A stretch of DNA of 62,989 nucleotides, the filler included, from Octopus bimaculoides (lineage: Eukaryota): the NCBI RefSeq assembly GCF_001194135.2. It is 7 parts of 7 records of this genome, joined end to end, with 100 filler letters (N's around TTAATTAATTAA, not from the genome) between each part and the next. Parts side by side here need not be neighbours in the genome. Positions count along the whole stretch, not along the records: positions 25,030 to 48,483 come from NC_068994.1; 6 more parts are not named here. The stretch is one strand, 5' to 3'. Under the pieces are notes generated by a model, which did no database searches, was not told the origin of the DNA, and saw nothing but the letters and a program-made list of their open reading frames with translations. Of this stretch, positions 25,155 to 37,430 are shown piece by piece; positions within the stretch are counted from its first letter, which is position 1, and each line of letters starts with the position of its first letter. The position numbers and the translations under genes were made by a program.

Positions 25155-26672
25155 TTATACAGGATTTTGTAACCCTGGGTAGAGAGTCTGCCATAGCAGA
25201 GTACTCATCGGTGTGTACTCTTTGATGTTCTTGCATGAAGTTGGCTTCAAGAAATTGTTCCGGACAGGTTTATGTATTCTTTTGTGATTTTGCATTTCTT
25301 CCATGGTGGCAAACTGCTTTGTACATATGTCACACTGTGGTGGTGAAGTGGGGGCCGGCAAGTGTGACCGCTGGTGAAGCAGCATGGTATCCCGTTCCGA
25401 GAACTGCTGCAGGCAGATTTCACACTGAAACGGTTTATCGACTATTGCCGCGTGCATATGCTTCTTATGCGCCAGTAGCTGCGCTTTCCTAACAAACTGC
25501 TCCCTGCAAATGTCGCAGTGGAACGGTTTTTCACCTGTATGGGTGCGAGTATGGATCTGCAGTTTGTCTTTCCGAGCAAACTGCTTCTGACAAACATCAC
25601 ACTGGAAAGGTTTCTCGCCTGTGTGGATACGACGGTGTATTTTAAGGTAACATCTCTGAACAAACTGCTTAGGACAGAGGTCACAATGGAATGGCTTCTC
25701 CCCTGTATGTGTTCTTCGATGGATTTGCAAACGGTCACTACGAGCAAACTGTTTCGAGCAGATCTCGCAGTGGAAAGGCTTCTCTCCAGTGTGTGTTCTC
25801 TCATGTATCAACAGTTTGTCTTTTTGAACAAACTGTTTCGGGCAGTAATTACAATGAAATAACTTCTCACCTGTGTGTGTTCTTCTATGCAACTGCAGCT
25901 TGTCACCACGAGAAAACTGTTTGGTGCAAAATTCACAATGGAACGGCTTCTCACCTGTATGGATTCTTTGATGAATTTTTAACTTATTTCGCTGAACAAA
26001 TTGCTTATCGCAAAGATTGCAATGGAACGGTTTCTCGCCTGTGTGTGTGCTTCGATGGATTTTGAGTTTGTCCTTCCGAGAGAACTGCTTTGGGCAGAAC
26101 TCACAATGGAAAGGTTTCTCTCCTGTGTGGATCCTCTCATGGATTTGTAGCTTGTCTCGATGAATAAACTGCTTATCGCAGAAACTACAATGGAATAATT
26201 TCTCACCTGTGTGCAGTCTTTGATGCAGTTGCAGTGTATTTCTGCGTGCAAACTGTTTGGGACAAGAATCACACTGAAACTGTTTAACTGGTGGCGCCTC
26301 AATTTTGGGTATTATTGGTGCAATCTTGTTTGGAGTGAGAGGGGGTTTGGGACAGACTGGGGGCGTGGGTGGGGCAGCTGGTGGTGGCTTCTCAATGTTA
26401 TGCATCCGTTCATGGCTCTGGACATAGCAGTTCTGTGCAAACTGTTTTCCGTACACGTCAGGGTGGAACAATTTCTGGTTTGAATGCACCAAACCGTGAG
26501 TCTGTAAGTAATAACCCTGCATGAATTGGTTGCCATAAATCTCATTATGGAAGGATTTATCAGTCATGTGAGGCATTCTGTGGTGTGCCATGCTGTTGGG
26601 AAGGGGTGAGAACTGAGGCTTTGTGGCAATAGCATTGTGGATTGAGGCATCGCTGGGCAGGGTCTCCATCAT
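25155..26672 (-). CDS. C2H2 zinc-finger protein, 505 aa, 12 canonical fingers plus 2 degenerate N-terminal fingers and a Pro-rich spacer
   Basis: Uninterrupted ORF with F-x-C-x2-C-x3-F-x5-L-x2-H-x3-H repeats and TGEKP/TGEKL linkers (fingers 1-10 tandem from aa 132). An in-frame TGA at 26676-26678 fixes the start, the second ATG has strong context (A at -3, G at +4), and the stop TAA is at 25155-25157. Confidence 0.95.
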   Translation of the reverse strand: MMETLPSDASIHNAIATKPQFSPLPNSMAHHRMPHMTDKSFHNEIYGNQFMQGYYLQTHGLVHSNQKLFHPDVYGKQFAQNCYVQSHERMHNIEKPPPAAPPTPPVCPKPPLTPNKIAPIIPKIEAPPVKQFQCDSCPKQFARRNTLQLHQRLHTGEKLFHCSFCDKQFIHRDKLQIHERIHTGEKPFHCEFCPKQFSRKDKLKIHRSTHTGEKPFHCNLCDKQFVQRNKLKIHQRIHTGEKPFHCEFCTKQFSRGDKLQLHRRTHTGEKLFHCNYCPKQFVQKDKLLIHERTHTGEKPFHCEICSKQFARSDRLQIHRRTHTGEKPFHCDLCPKQFVQRCYLKIHRRIHTGEKPFQCDVCQKQFARKDKLQIHTRTHTGEKPFHCDICREQFVRKAQLLAHKKHMHAAIVDKPFQCEICLQQFSERDTMLLHQRSHLPAPTSPPQCDICTKQFATMEEMQNHKRIHKPVRNNFLKPTSCKNIKEYTPMSTLLWQTLYPGLQNPV

Positions 26673-26757
26673 TGATCAAAGGGGTTTCGTTGTTTCAATG
26701 AAAATATTGATAAGGTTGGAGGTCAGTGTGTTGTTTAGGGGAACTGCTTGGTGTAGA

Positions 26758-26790
26758 CTATACAAAGGCTGTTAGATGATGGGGCTCCAT
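26758..26790 (-). other. Upstream ORF MEPHHLTAFV* in the zinc-finger 5' UTR
   Basis: ATG GAG CCC CAT CAT CTA ACA GCC TTT GTA TAG; the only ATG between the acceptor and the main start; out of frame with the CDS. Confidence 0.6.
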
Positions 26791-26817
26791 GAAAGGGCTT
26801 CGCAGATTAAGGGTTAC

Positions 26818-26842
26818 CTGAAAATAAACGAAAGGAAACATT
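26818..26842 (-). promoter_or_regulatory. Splice acceptor of the zinc-finger coding exon
   Basis: Minus strand TGTTTCCTTTCGTTTATTTTCAG|GTAACCC: polypyrimidine tract plus CAG. The exon would start at 26817 with 145 nt of 5' UTR. Confidence 0.75.
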
Positions 26843-27051
26843 AACTAAAATGCTTATTATTGATAGAAAACTATCATCATGTCTGTTGGTGTATCTGTGT
26901 GAATGAAAGAGTGTGTGTGTGTGTGTGTGTACACACGCACACACATGTATGAATAGGTATATGTAAATATATGTGTAAGAATGTGTTCAAACAAAACTAA
27001 TATAAAACCATTACAAAGATGGAATTCATTCCATTACACAACTTACATATA

Positions 27052-27104
<53 letters not shown>

Positions 27105-28149
27105 NNNNNNNNNNCATACATCATTTAATAGAGATGAGTGTGCAGGTAAGAATGTCACATCATAAGCAGGGAGTTTTTAATTCATTCTGCTTAACACCAT
27201 TGTTAAAAAAAAAATCAAAACATTTCATTGAGATATTAAACTAGAATTGCTGAGAATAAGACATTTCTGTTCTTCTTTGTTTCCGATGCCCCAAGAAAGC
27301 GAAAAATACTTGCTTTGTCAAAAGTAGGTGGTTTTCGGGGGGGAAAAGTGAAAGTGTTTTCCTGTAAAGTGAAACAATTGAACAAAAGTACAATAATGGA
27401 CAACAGAAAGTGCTGCCTGGATACCATGAAATCATCCTGGATTATTAGTGACGATGGATCCATCAAATATCTTAATGTGAACAAAGCGTAATTAAGTAAT
27501 TGGGTGTATTGATTGATAACAGAACAAAAGAACGATTAACAGCAGCTACTGGAGACATCTTCCTGTAAAATCTTGGTTTTCTCAGAGCATTCAATTTGGT
27601 CCTAATTGAGCCGAAGACAGAAAACATAGTGAGGAGACACAGCATACAAATGGCTGCTTCTTAAAGTGTACCAAAAGCGTTTGTTGCAGGAAACTGTCAT
27701 GACTGAAAGATTTTTCCAAGGGAAACTATCACAAAGCCCCTGTATTATTTGAACAAATGACATGGAGGGATGGGTGGGGAGAAGGGTGGCGCTGCAATGT
27801 TTGCTCATGAAAACCCTTGCTTTCTGCCATGGGAACAAAAATCCAGTTAGATATTGGAAAGTTTTTAGAAAAGAAATCAGTCTTTACCGTTTCTTTCCCC
27901 CACCCAGACTCCTTATTTCATACAAACAAACATATTCTTCTTCTTTTTCAGCCGATAACTTTGGGCAGAAACAAGGGTGCCAGATACAGCCATTTCTTGC
28001 CATAAGCAATTAACGAATTCAAAGGGAAAGGTCAAATATTTTGGGTCGTTGCCCTTCAATGGACAGGAGGGGAAGATTTATTTATTCTGCTTGTCGAGTC
28101 AGGAGCCGGGGACATTGCTTATGACCTTTCCAGGTCTTCAGAGACAGGT

Positions 28150-28480
28150 AAGCTTGGTGCCATTGATGTTCTGTTTAAACTGTTACAGGACAACACACCA
28201 GCAGGAAAGACACAGAAGATTCCAGAGGGCTGATGATGTGGGGAGCAAGGACTGGTCATAATGGTTAATGCAGAGCTAAGGAGGTTGGATGCACCAAGGG
28301 TAATGGGAAGTGAAAAGATGAGTGTGTTGGAAGTGTGTCAAGTAGTGGGGGTAGGGGACCAGTCATGCAGGTCTGAGGAACAGAGGCCATTATAGCTCTT
28401 GGTGTTAGATATACGCACATGTGGGACTTGTAAGATTTCCATGTCTCGTTGCCTCTGCCAATCATGACTAACCATGTTTC
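28150..28480 (-). mobile_element. L2/CR1-group LINE ORF2 C-terminal relic
   Basis: Frameshifted peptides KSYNGLCSSDL, NHYDQSLLP, SALWNLL, VFPA and FKQNIN match the typical C-terminus of L2/Daphne-type ORF2. Confidence 0.6.
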
Positions 28481-29528
28481 TGTACCTAGAAACTTTTTCT
28501 CCAGCTTTCAAACTTGGACAAAGTTGTAGTAAAAAGATCAGTTAACCATGCAACAACCCCCAACACCACCATCACACACACACATCTCCTCTCTATGTCA
28601 GGATGATGTCCAAGCAAAGACCAAGGGATAATACAGCTTGGTCCCAATGTCTTTGCAGGCAAATTCAGAACATGAAAGGGTGAAGTAAATACCACAAGGC
28701 ATTCTGTTCAATGTTCTAACAATTTACTACCTTAGATTGGGTACACACACACACACACACGCACACATACATATATAGGTATGTGTGTGTGTGCAGGAGG
28801 AGACCTACTGAGTCAAGTACATCAACATCAGCAATATCAAAATCAAATCTACATGAGCTACATGTAGCAACTAAATCTTTAACCCACATTGTACGGACTG
28901 GTTAATGAAGTCTTCTGATAGACAACATCTGATGAGAAACAAACTGGTCAGACTGGAGCTGCCAGTTCAAGCTACAGCAACTCCGGTTATACTGGAGCTG
29001 TCTATATGGGGACTGTCTTTAGTGAGATTAGTTCTATAAACTCAGTTAATAAGAAAACAAGGCTATTCTGTTTGATAAATTTACCAACCATGCTAAGCAG
29101 GTCATAAAACTTGCGGGGGGGGGGGGGGAGCTCCATAAAACTACTTGGTGACAGAGCACACATCGTAGAACTGGACCAGGGTTAAGCAAGAGAAATCTAC
29201 ACTAAAATAAGATATAAAAACACATAATACAGAGTATAGCTCACTCACACAGATTATATAGAACAGAATGCACACAAATCTACGGATTACAGACGACACA
29301 GACACACAATACGAACACAACCTACACACACACACACACACAACATAAACATACAGAGAAGACAAAAATATCACAATACCCCCTCCTCCTTCCTCTATTA
29401 AAATAGTTGTTGACATAAAAAAGAGGGGGGAGAGAGGGAGGTACTGTTTCCTTTTTTTCTTTCTCTCTTTCATTACTTCTTTCACTTTTTCCTTGAAACT
29501 GGGGGAGCCTTCTGTGGAGCCGCTCGAC

Positions 29529-29705
29529 TTGCTAGAAATAGCAACCAAAGCTCCCTCGAATCAAACTGCAGTCGAGGAAGAAAAAAAAGGACACGCTAGA
29601 TAATGTACACAACTAACATACCCTAAACAGATGGTATGGTCATGGTTGGAATATATCTAATCATAAGACCTGTTCAATCAAGGTAGACTCGGGGTTAAAC
29701 AACAC
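29529..29705 (+). mobile_element. Dispersed repeat family C (representative copy)
   Basis: TGCTAGAAATAGCAGCCAAATCTCCCTCAAA...GGATGGTCACGGCTGGAA...GACCTGGGGCTAAACAAC-type repeat with more than 10 diverged copies in both orientations between about 16.7 and 49 kb (e.g. 30380-30545, 30770-30960, 37520-38040, 39340-39560, 41370-41740). Confidence 0.65.
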
Positions 29706-32700
29706 CCTCCCCTCAGTAGTATATCTCCCCCCCCCTCTCCACCACTGCCGTAACCTTCTCGTCACCTTTACTCTATACGTCACCATCCCCCCACCTTCAC
29801 CACCACCCTCATCGCATTGCTCCCTCTCCCTCTCTTATCTCTCCTAAATCAGTCGTCTAACTCCGTTTCCTCCCACCACTCCCCTCACATTACCATTGTC
29901 TTTTTACACCCTCCCTCTCTTTCCTAACACACTTGTCTCTCTACCCCTCTCTCTCTATACCTCTACGACAATTTCCTCCCACCACTCTTCTTACACGTTC
30001 TCCTCTCCCTTAAGCCCCCTAATTATTATTTTTTTATCTCACCGCCTTCCTCTCTTTTACTATCTCTTACTCTTTCTCTTCATTGATTTCTCGCCTTTCT
30101 TACAGGAGCTCATCTCTCTCTCTCTCTCTCCTTGTATCTGGTCACTTCCTTTTCTTCTCCACTCCCCACCGTACCTCTTCCTTCCACTACTTCTCTCTTT
30201 CTTCCTTTCCCCATCTTCTTCCCCTTACATACCACTCTCCTCCTTCTATCGTATCCCTCCCTTCCTTTCTTTTTCTTCCCTTACTCAACGTTACTCTCTC
30301 GCTCTCCCCCCTTCCCCTCAGCTTTCTTTCTCGACTCAAGAATTTATCTGACAATCTTAATCCCTCGCAACGAGCCTGTACGTGGTCGTTCAACATGCTA
30401 AAAACAGCAACTAAATTCTTAAAAAAAAAGGATACAATGTATTTGTGAAACAAACCCTAATATATAAAGTCAGACGGTTACGGTTGGAACGCTTTTTGAT
30501 TGTAGGTCTACTCAGGCAGGATTGCCCTGGGGTTAAATAACAACTCAACGTAGCTCTCTTACTCATCCCTCCACCACCACTTCCACATTGGTCCTCGCTC
30601 AACTCCCCTTCTCTTACCTCCCCCCCACTATAATTCATTCTCTTCTCCCACTTCAAATCCACCCTCCCTCTTTCTCTACCTCTTCCCCCTCACGCCCCTT
30701 TCAACCATAATTCGGTTTTTCNNNNNNNNNNCCCCCCCCCCCCCCTCTCCCTCATCAGTTACTCCCCCACACCATCGCTGCCATCCCAGTTAGCTCCAGG
30801 TCAGCCTGATCGAAGAACAAACCCTTCATAATCAAAGCCATTTAACCGAAGTCATCCCATCCATTCAAACATAACTGATTAAGCATCTTCCCTTTATTTA
30901 AAACACGATAAGCGAATGCCTTTGAGGAACATTTAGCTGCTATTTCTAGCCGGTCGAATAACCACGTACAAGTTCCCACAATGTTGTTGAGTCCAGATAG
31001 AATGGCCATGACCATCCAGACAGTGAATTCAAAGATTGGACTGTTATTTCTAGCAAGTCGAGGCTCTCTTTCTTTCTGTCTTTAGTTCACCTCCCACCAC
31101 AGTTCCGTTTCCCTCTTCCCCTTATTCTCACTATCTCACACTACCACCCTTACCTCTCTCACATTACAATGTATTATCACACACCACCTTCCTCACACCC
31201 ACCACACTCCTGTCTATTACTTCTCACCACTCACTCCTAGCTCACACTCTTTTCACTCCCCCCTTCACAGATCGATATTACAAACCACCCCTCCCTTCTC
31301 TCAGCACTCTCTCCTGTCCTTTACTCTCACCGCCACCACCACAGTTCACTACCAATAAAACGAGTCAAAGGAACCTCAAGTTGGACGCTCGGCCTGCTAG
31401 AAATAGCAATCAAATCTCCGTGAAATTACTCCCCAAAGTCTTAAACCATTAGATATTATTATATTTTGCTCAATCAGAATTGACCTAGGGCTAAACAACC
31501 CCATAATTTCATTCTCCCCCCCCCCAACTCTTTTTTCCCCCATTAATCCCACTACATTTCACCCTCTCACCATCACACTACTTTTCCCTTCTTTCTCCCT
31601 CCCCCCTTCTCTCTAACATACACTATCGAACCCCAAAGACGGCAGACCGCCATGTAGAAAATGAAATAAGAGGCGATGGCAATGAAATGACCAGCTCAGA
31701 GCGAGAGAAGAGGCTTTTTATTGTGACAGGAACAACATTAAAATGGAGCGGAGTTGTTGGCGGTGAGGGTGCTACTGTTTTTATAGAGGAAACAGTAAAT
31801 GGGATTTCCGTCGGTTGTGAGACTAAAGAACACAAACACAACATACACATTATGCTGTGTATAAACACACATACATCAGATAGATAAATAAACATTTTGT
31901 GTAACCCATGTGTATGAAAACTTTGTTGGAACAGTCGTCAAATGGTAGAACGCCTGTCATGTCTACAAGCGATGTGAGTTCGAGTCCCATGAGCAGCCTT
32001 CGAATTTTTTTCTATCCAAAAGGGTTTGTCAACACAATACTTACACGCTATTAAATTAAGTACCAGTTGCGTACTGAGGTCGATCTAATCGACTGGACCC
32101 CTCCCCCAAAATTTCGGGCCTTGTACTTACAGTAGAAAAGAATATATTTACACGCTATTATTCATAGCTCCATGTGCTTCGAGATCAACTGCTTCAAAAC
32201 AATTAGTTCGCGCTCTCTCGAAAGTTTATAAATTCTTATGACATCAATCACACAATTCTCGCTGGTAAGAGCAAAATTTGTAAAATAAAGAAATTCGAAG
32301 GATTGCTTTAGCCCAACGTGTGTGTTGATAGATAGATAGATAGAGAGAGAGATATATATAGTCAAATAGACAAATAAGGGGGGAGAGAGAGAAGTCCACT
32401 CGATGTTACGGTAGATGATACTTGCCCAAAGTGGGACAGAAACCGGAACCACGTGGTTGCAAAATAAGTTTCTTAACTACACAATGATGCCCGTTCAGTG
32501 TCTGACCACAGATGCCAGGCAACACTTGAGTCTCCATCATAGCCTCAGATCAATCCAAGACTGGGCCGCAAGAGAGTGTGAAGAAACCTATTGGATTAAC
32601 TTGTAGTCACAACACCAGTCATAATACCGTTCGTTGCCTGACGGATTCTGGCTGGAGAATTTATGATAAGCGTCAGCCAGGTCACATTTTATTTCAATGA

Positions 32701-33052
32701 AGAGATGTGACAGGCGAACTTCATTCCTACGTATTTCTTTATGGGTGTGGTAAATGAAGATGTCCCTCCTTGACCCATCATCATCTTCACCACTTGTCAT
32801 TAAGTCAAGTGGTACTTGAACCAACAAGAGGCCCTCCGTGTGGTCAGGCGCCTTGTTAGAAATGGCTGCCATACCTCCTCCAAGTCCCCACTCTACCACA
32901 GAGGTCGACAAACGTCTTAACTCACTGACCCCTTCATGATAACTTGCAGACCCCGAGTCAAATAAAAAAAATTTCTTTGTTTAAGAACAATAATTCCTTC
33001 GTTCTTTTGTAACATTACTGCTTTTAATAAGAGATATTTCTTTTAATATTTG

Positions 33053-33385
33053 TTTCGGTCATTAGATTGAAGCCATGCTGGAGCGCCGCTTTGGAGAATT
33101 TTTAGTCGAATGAATCAACCCTAGTACTTTTTTTAAAATCCTGATACTCATTCAATCCATCACTTTTGCCGAACCGCTAGGTTATGGGGGACAAATATAG
33201 ACACAAACATATATACATATGACAGGCTTCTTTCAGTTTCCGTCTACCAAATCCACTCACAAGTCTTTAGTTGGCCCAGCGTTATAGTAGCAGACACTTG
33301 CCCATGGTGCCACATAGTGGGACTGAACCTGGAACTATGTGGTTGGGAAGCAAACTTCTTACCACACAGACACGCCTGCGCCTAT
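33053..33385 (-). mobile_element. SINE family B (CORE-like), near full length
   Basis: Reverse match to 36325-36668. Other minus copies at 14060-14200, 34585-34860, 38440-38580, 50125-50310 and 62870-62989. Confidence 0.8.
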
Positions 33386-36324
33386 TTAAAGAAATTTAAT
33401 GAAATACTGAAACTGGATCAAAATTCAGTGATATTATGGCCGAAATAGAATATTTAATGTAATATGCGTTGGGTGACACTCAAAATCATCTCAGGTGTTT
33501 AACGAACCCTTGGGGATCTAGAGACCCCACCCCCAGGGTTCATTATCGACCATTCTGCTGATCCCTACACTGCCATCTTAAAAACGAAATAATGCATTAG
33601 ATAATGCAGTCCTAGATATAATATGTCTGATTATATAGGAGAGATGGTCGTGGTTGGCACATCTATGATCATAGGTTGGCACATCTATGATCATAGGTTG
33701 GCTCATTCAAAACTGATCTGGGGATAAAATATTATAATACAGTCGTAGATAAACTAAATCTAAATAAAATACAGTGATGGTCATGGCTGGAACACATTCG
33801 ATCATAGGTCTGCTATATCAGGACTTGTAGCTCTATATATACTGTCTGAATAAAAGTCTGGTTAGTCATGGCTAGCAAGTCTGCTGGATGAGGTTTTGAC
33901 CTGGGAGAGACCAACACCAAGTGACCCCAGTGATACCCTACAAACCCCCAATTCCAGATTATTATTCTTTAACCTCAGATGAACTGTCCCCTAAAACACC
34001 AGGAAGAAGATGTCACAATGTATTTGACAACAAATGTTTGGCCCCAGATGATTCCAGATTGAGCAGATCTATAACCAAAGACATTCCACATATGACCATG
34101 CCATCTGTTTACCCGTTCAGGAGGTATATCTAGGAATGAACTATTGTGTCCGTCTTTTTAAGGTTTGAGTTCAGTAAGATTTAGCTGCTATTTCTAAAAT
34201 GTTGAATGACCCATGTAGAGATCCCTGTAGTGTAAATATAGCTGATGTAGTTTAGCCCCTGGTTTAGTCCTGATTGAGTAGCCATATAATCAAAGTTGTG
34301 ATTATCCCCTCTTTTCATATATTTAAGACTACATTGTCTAATGTGTCCCTTTGTTTTCCTTTTTAAGAAATTAGCATATGATTTGAAAATTTGGCTGCTA
34401 TCTCTAGCAGGCTGAGTGACTGCAGGGAAGCCTTCCCTCGCTGATTCATTGAAAATAGGTGTTGCTAGGTTTATGTCAGCTGACTTGTGTGTTTGTTTTG
34501 CTGTGTGCACTGCCTTGAATTTCTGGCCAAATGACTCTTCTCCGGTACTTTTGTTATTTTTTAAAGCTTGGCACATATTCTCTCGTTACCTTTTGCCGAA
34601 CCGCTAAGTTATGGGGGTGTAAACCCATCAAACCCAGTTGACAAGCAACAGTGGTGTACAAACCAAACACGTACTCACACACGTGTATGTATATACAATG
34701 GGCTTCTTTCAGTCTCCATCTACCAAATCTACTCACAAGGCTTTGGTTGGCTCAAGGCTATAGTAGAAGACACTTGCCCAAGGTACCAACAGAGGGACTG
34801 AACCCGGAAGCCATGAGGTTGGGAAGCAAGCTTCTTACCGCACAGCCACTCCTGCACCTATATATATATATATACACACACACACATATATATATATATA
34901 CATACACACACATACATTCACTTTATGTTTATATTTTAATACTAGCATGGGTTAGGCCAAGGACCAGCACTCAATATTGATCTCTGGTGGGAGTCTATAT
35001 AGCTATCCAAGGGGCCGATAAACACCTGAAACAATTCCAAGCATTCAGGGTGCTAAATCTGGAAGAGCATGGGTGATTTAAGACTAAAACTCTCTAATTT
35101 CCAGTCATAGGGTGTGTTTCACTCTTATTAGACCTTTTCAGTAAAGCATTCCTATTCAAGTGGTACTAATGAGAGTGTTCACCAAAACACTAAACCTCTT
35201 TCTATCTACCCTATTACACTTTAACTGTTCAGTGTTTAAAACGGCCATGTCTGGCCCAAATGTTCTGAGTGTTTTATGCTCAAACTGCCCAGATCTCACC
35301 TCTCACACCTATCATAAAGCCATCTCCCTCTCAGCCAAGGGAGCTCTTTAGTTACATAGAGACATCACGAGTCTCTGATGCTATGAAAAAAATGGGGAAA
35401 AAAAGCACTCAGAACACACTGTAATGTGGTTAGTGTTAGGAAGGGCATCCGGCCATAGAAACCACGAGAAAACTGAGATATTGGGGGAGGATGTGGTCCT
35501 CCAACCTATTGGACCCTATCGAACCGTCCAGGATGGGAAGCAGATGTGAAATGATGACGGTGATGACAGGCAGGGGTATGTGTTTTAGTGACACTGCTAA
35601 TAAATATCAAAAATATGGCCAAATGGAAACACAGACAGTGGTGGTGATGTGAAGTGGGGGGGGGGCAGGGGCATTCGGTGCACTATAGATAATATGGTAC
35701 GATGCATTTTACATAAACTTGGAAGGATTTACCATAAATTAATCGCATGGATAAGCTCAGGTTTTCAGAGATGAGATCCCACATGATAAAATACATTCAC
35801 TTGTTACTCAATCTGTTGCTACAGCTAGGGCTGGGAGTGTCGAGGTTAGCCCTCTCCTCCTCTACCTCCACTGCCATCACCACCATCATCATCATCATCA
35901 TAACCATTGTAATGCCAGTATTACTATGATTATGTTTCTTGTTTCTTTGAAGCAACCTTGGGTTGGCTAGGTCTGCAAATAGCACCACACTTCTTCAAAC
36001 CTACTCAACATCTGTGACATATCATTCGTGTAAGAATTAAGTATCAAAGCTGTTAATATCAATTAACACAATTCTCACATTACTTAAATTCATTTAAGGG
36101 GGAGATTTTCTTGTATCCGGGGTATGACAGCTTAGAAACCACCCACATGCAACACATAATAAAGTCAATAAGTAAACAGAGACAACAAAACCCATACAGG
36201 GATACATCACACACACACACACATGTATATACATATATAAATATAATATACACATATCATCCTCATTATTTAATGTCTGTTTTCAATGCTGGCATGGGTT
36301 GGACAATCTGACCGGAAGGGAAGG

Positions 36325-36668
36325 GGCTGTGTGGTAGGTAGCTTGCTTCCCAATCACAAGGTCCCGGGTTCAGTCCCACTGCGTGGCATCTTGGGCAAGT
36401 GTCTTCTACTATAGCCTCGGGCCGACCAAAGCCTTGTGAGTGGATTTGGTAGATGGAAACTGAAAGAAGCTCGTCGTATATATATATGTGTGTATATGTA
36501 TGTGAGTCTGTGTTTGTCCCCCACTATTGCTTGACAACTGAGCAAAAGAGACTGATAGAATAAGTACTAGGCGTACAAAGAATAAATCCTGGGGTCAATT
36601 TGTTTGACTAAAGGTGGTGCTCCAGAATGGTCGCAGTCAAATGACTGAAACAAATAAAATAAAAGAAT
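36325..36668 (+). mobile_element. SINE family B (CORE-like), full-length copy
   Basis: tRNA-like head (GTGTGGTAGG...GGGTTCAGTCCC), TTGGGCAAGTGTCTT core, internal (TA)n, TGACTGAAAC..ATAAAA end. Confidence 0.8.
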
Positions 36669-36733
36669 ATATATACATATATATATATACACACACGCAC
36701 ATATACATACACACACACATACATATACATACT

Positions 36734-36767
<34 letters not shown>

Positions 36768-37254
36768 CATATACATATGTATACACATACACATAGACAT
36801 ATACAGGTATGGATGTGTGTTTAAGCTTGCTTCACAACCATGTGGTTTCTGGCTCAGTTCCACTGCACAACATGCCGAGCAAGTGTCTTGTGAAAGAATT
36901 TGGTCAATGGAAACTAAAACGAAACCTGCTGTGTATGTTTGTACCTCCTTGCCTTGACACAGTGCACTATATAGCAAGAATGACCTACTATCATACAAAA
37001 ACTGCTGTTTATCATTTTCCATGAAAACATATCTGGAGAAGGGGAAAATACTGCTTTGCTTGGAAACAGGTGGCGACTAGTGACAAGAAGAACATTAAGC
37101 CACGGAGACCTGCCTCAATAAACTCTAATCCATGCAAGCATGGAAAAGGGTATTGTAAATGATGATGACATATCATTGAGAGAGCATATCCAAAATGAAG
37201 TTTTACAAGAGCAGAGCGAACTTGATCACAGAATACCAAAAGCACAAGCCCTGC

Positions 37255-37430
37255 TGGGCTGGACAGGTCGCAAGGTTCACAGACAACAGGTGGACCCATT
37301 TAGTTGCCAAGTGGTATCAGGAAATCGAAGGCCACCGAGAGGCCTCCACAGTGATGGGAAGACAATTTAGTTAAATGATTTGGGCCAAGATGGGAAAGAA
37401 TGTCCCAATCAAGGAAGAACAGAAAGCTCG
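37255..37430 (+). mobile_element. RTE-clade LINE ORF2 C-terminal relic
   Basis: WAGQVARFTDNRWTHLVAKWY then RPPRG..WED after frameshifts, matching the RTE motif WAGHVAR..DNRW. Confidence 0.7.

Noticed and set aside
25235-26545. Alternative-frame and antisense ORFs over the zinc-finger gene
   Set aside because: Shadows of the repetitive C2H2 CDS.
28929-28945. CTGATGAGAAAC
   Set aside because: No room for stem II and no flanking stems.
31933-32000. tRNA-like sequence with A and B boxes
   Set aside because: No acceptor stem and a non-canonical anticodon loop; followed by SINE body, so most likely a SINE head.
32480-32900. Possible LINE RT relic (LRSIQDWA)
   Set aside because: Too few matching motifs to call with confidence.
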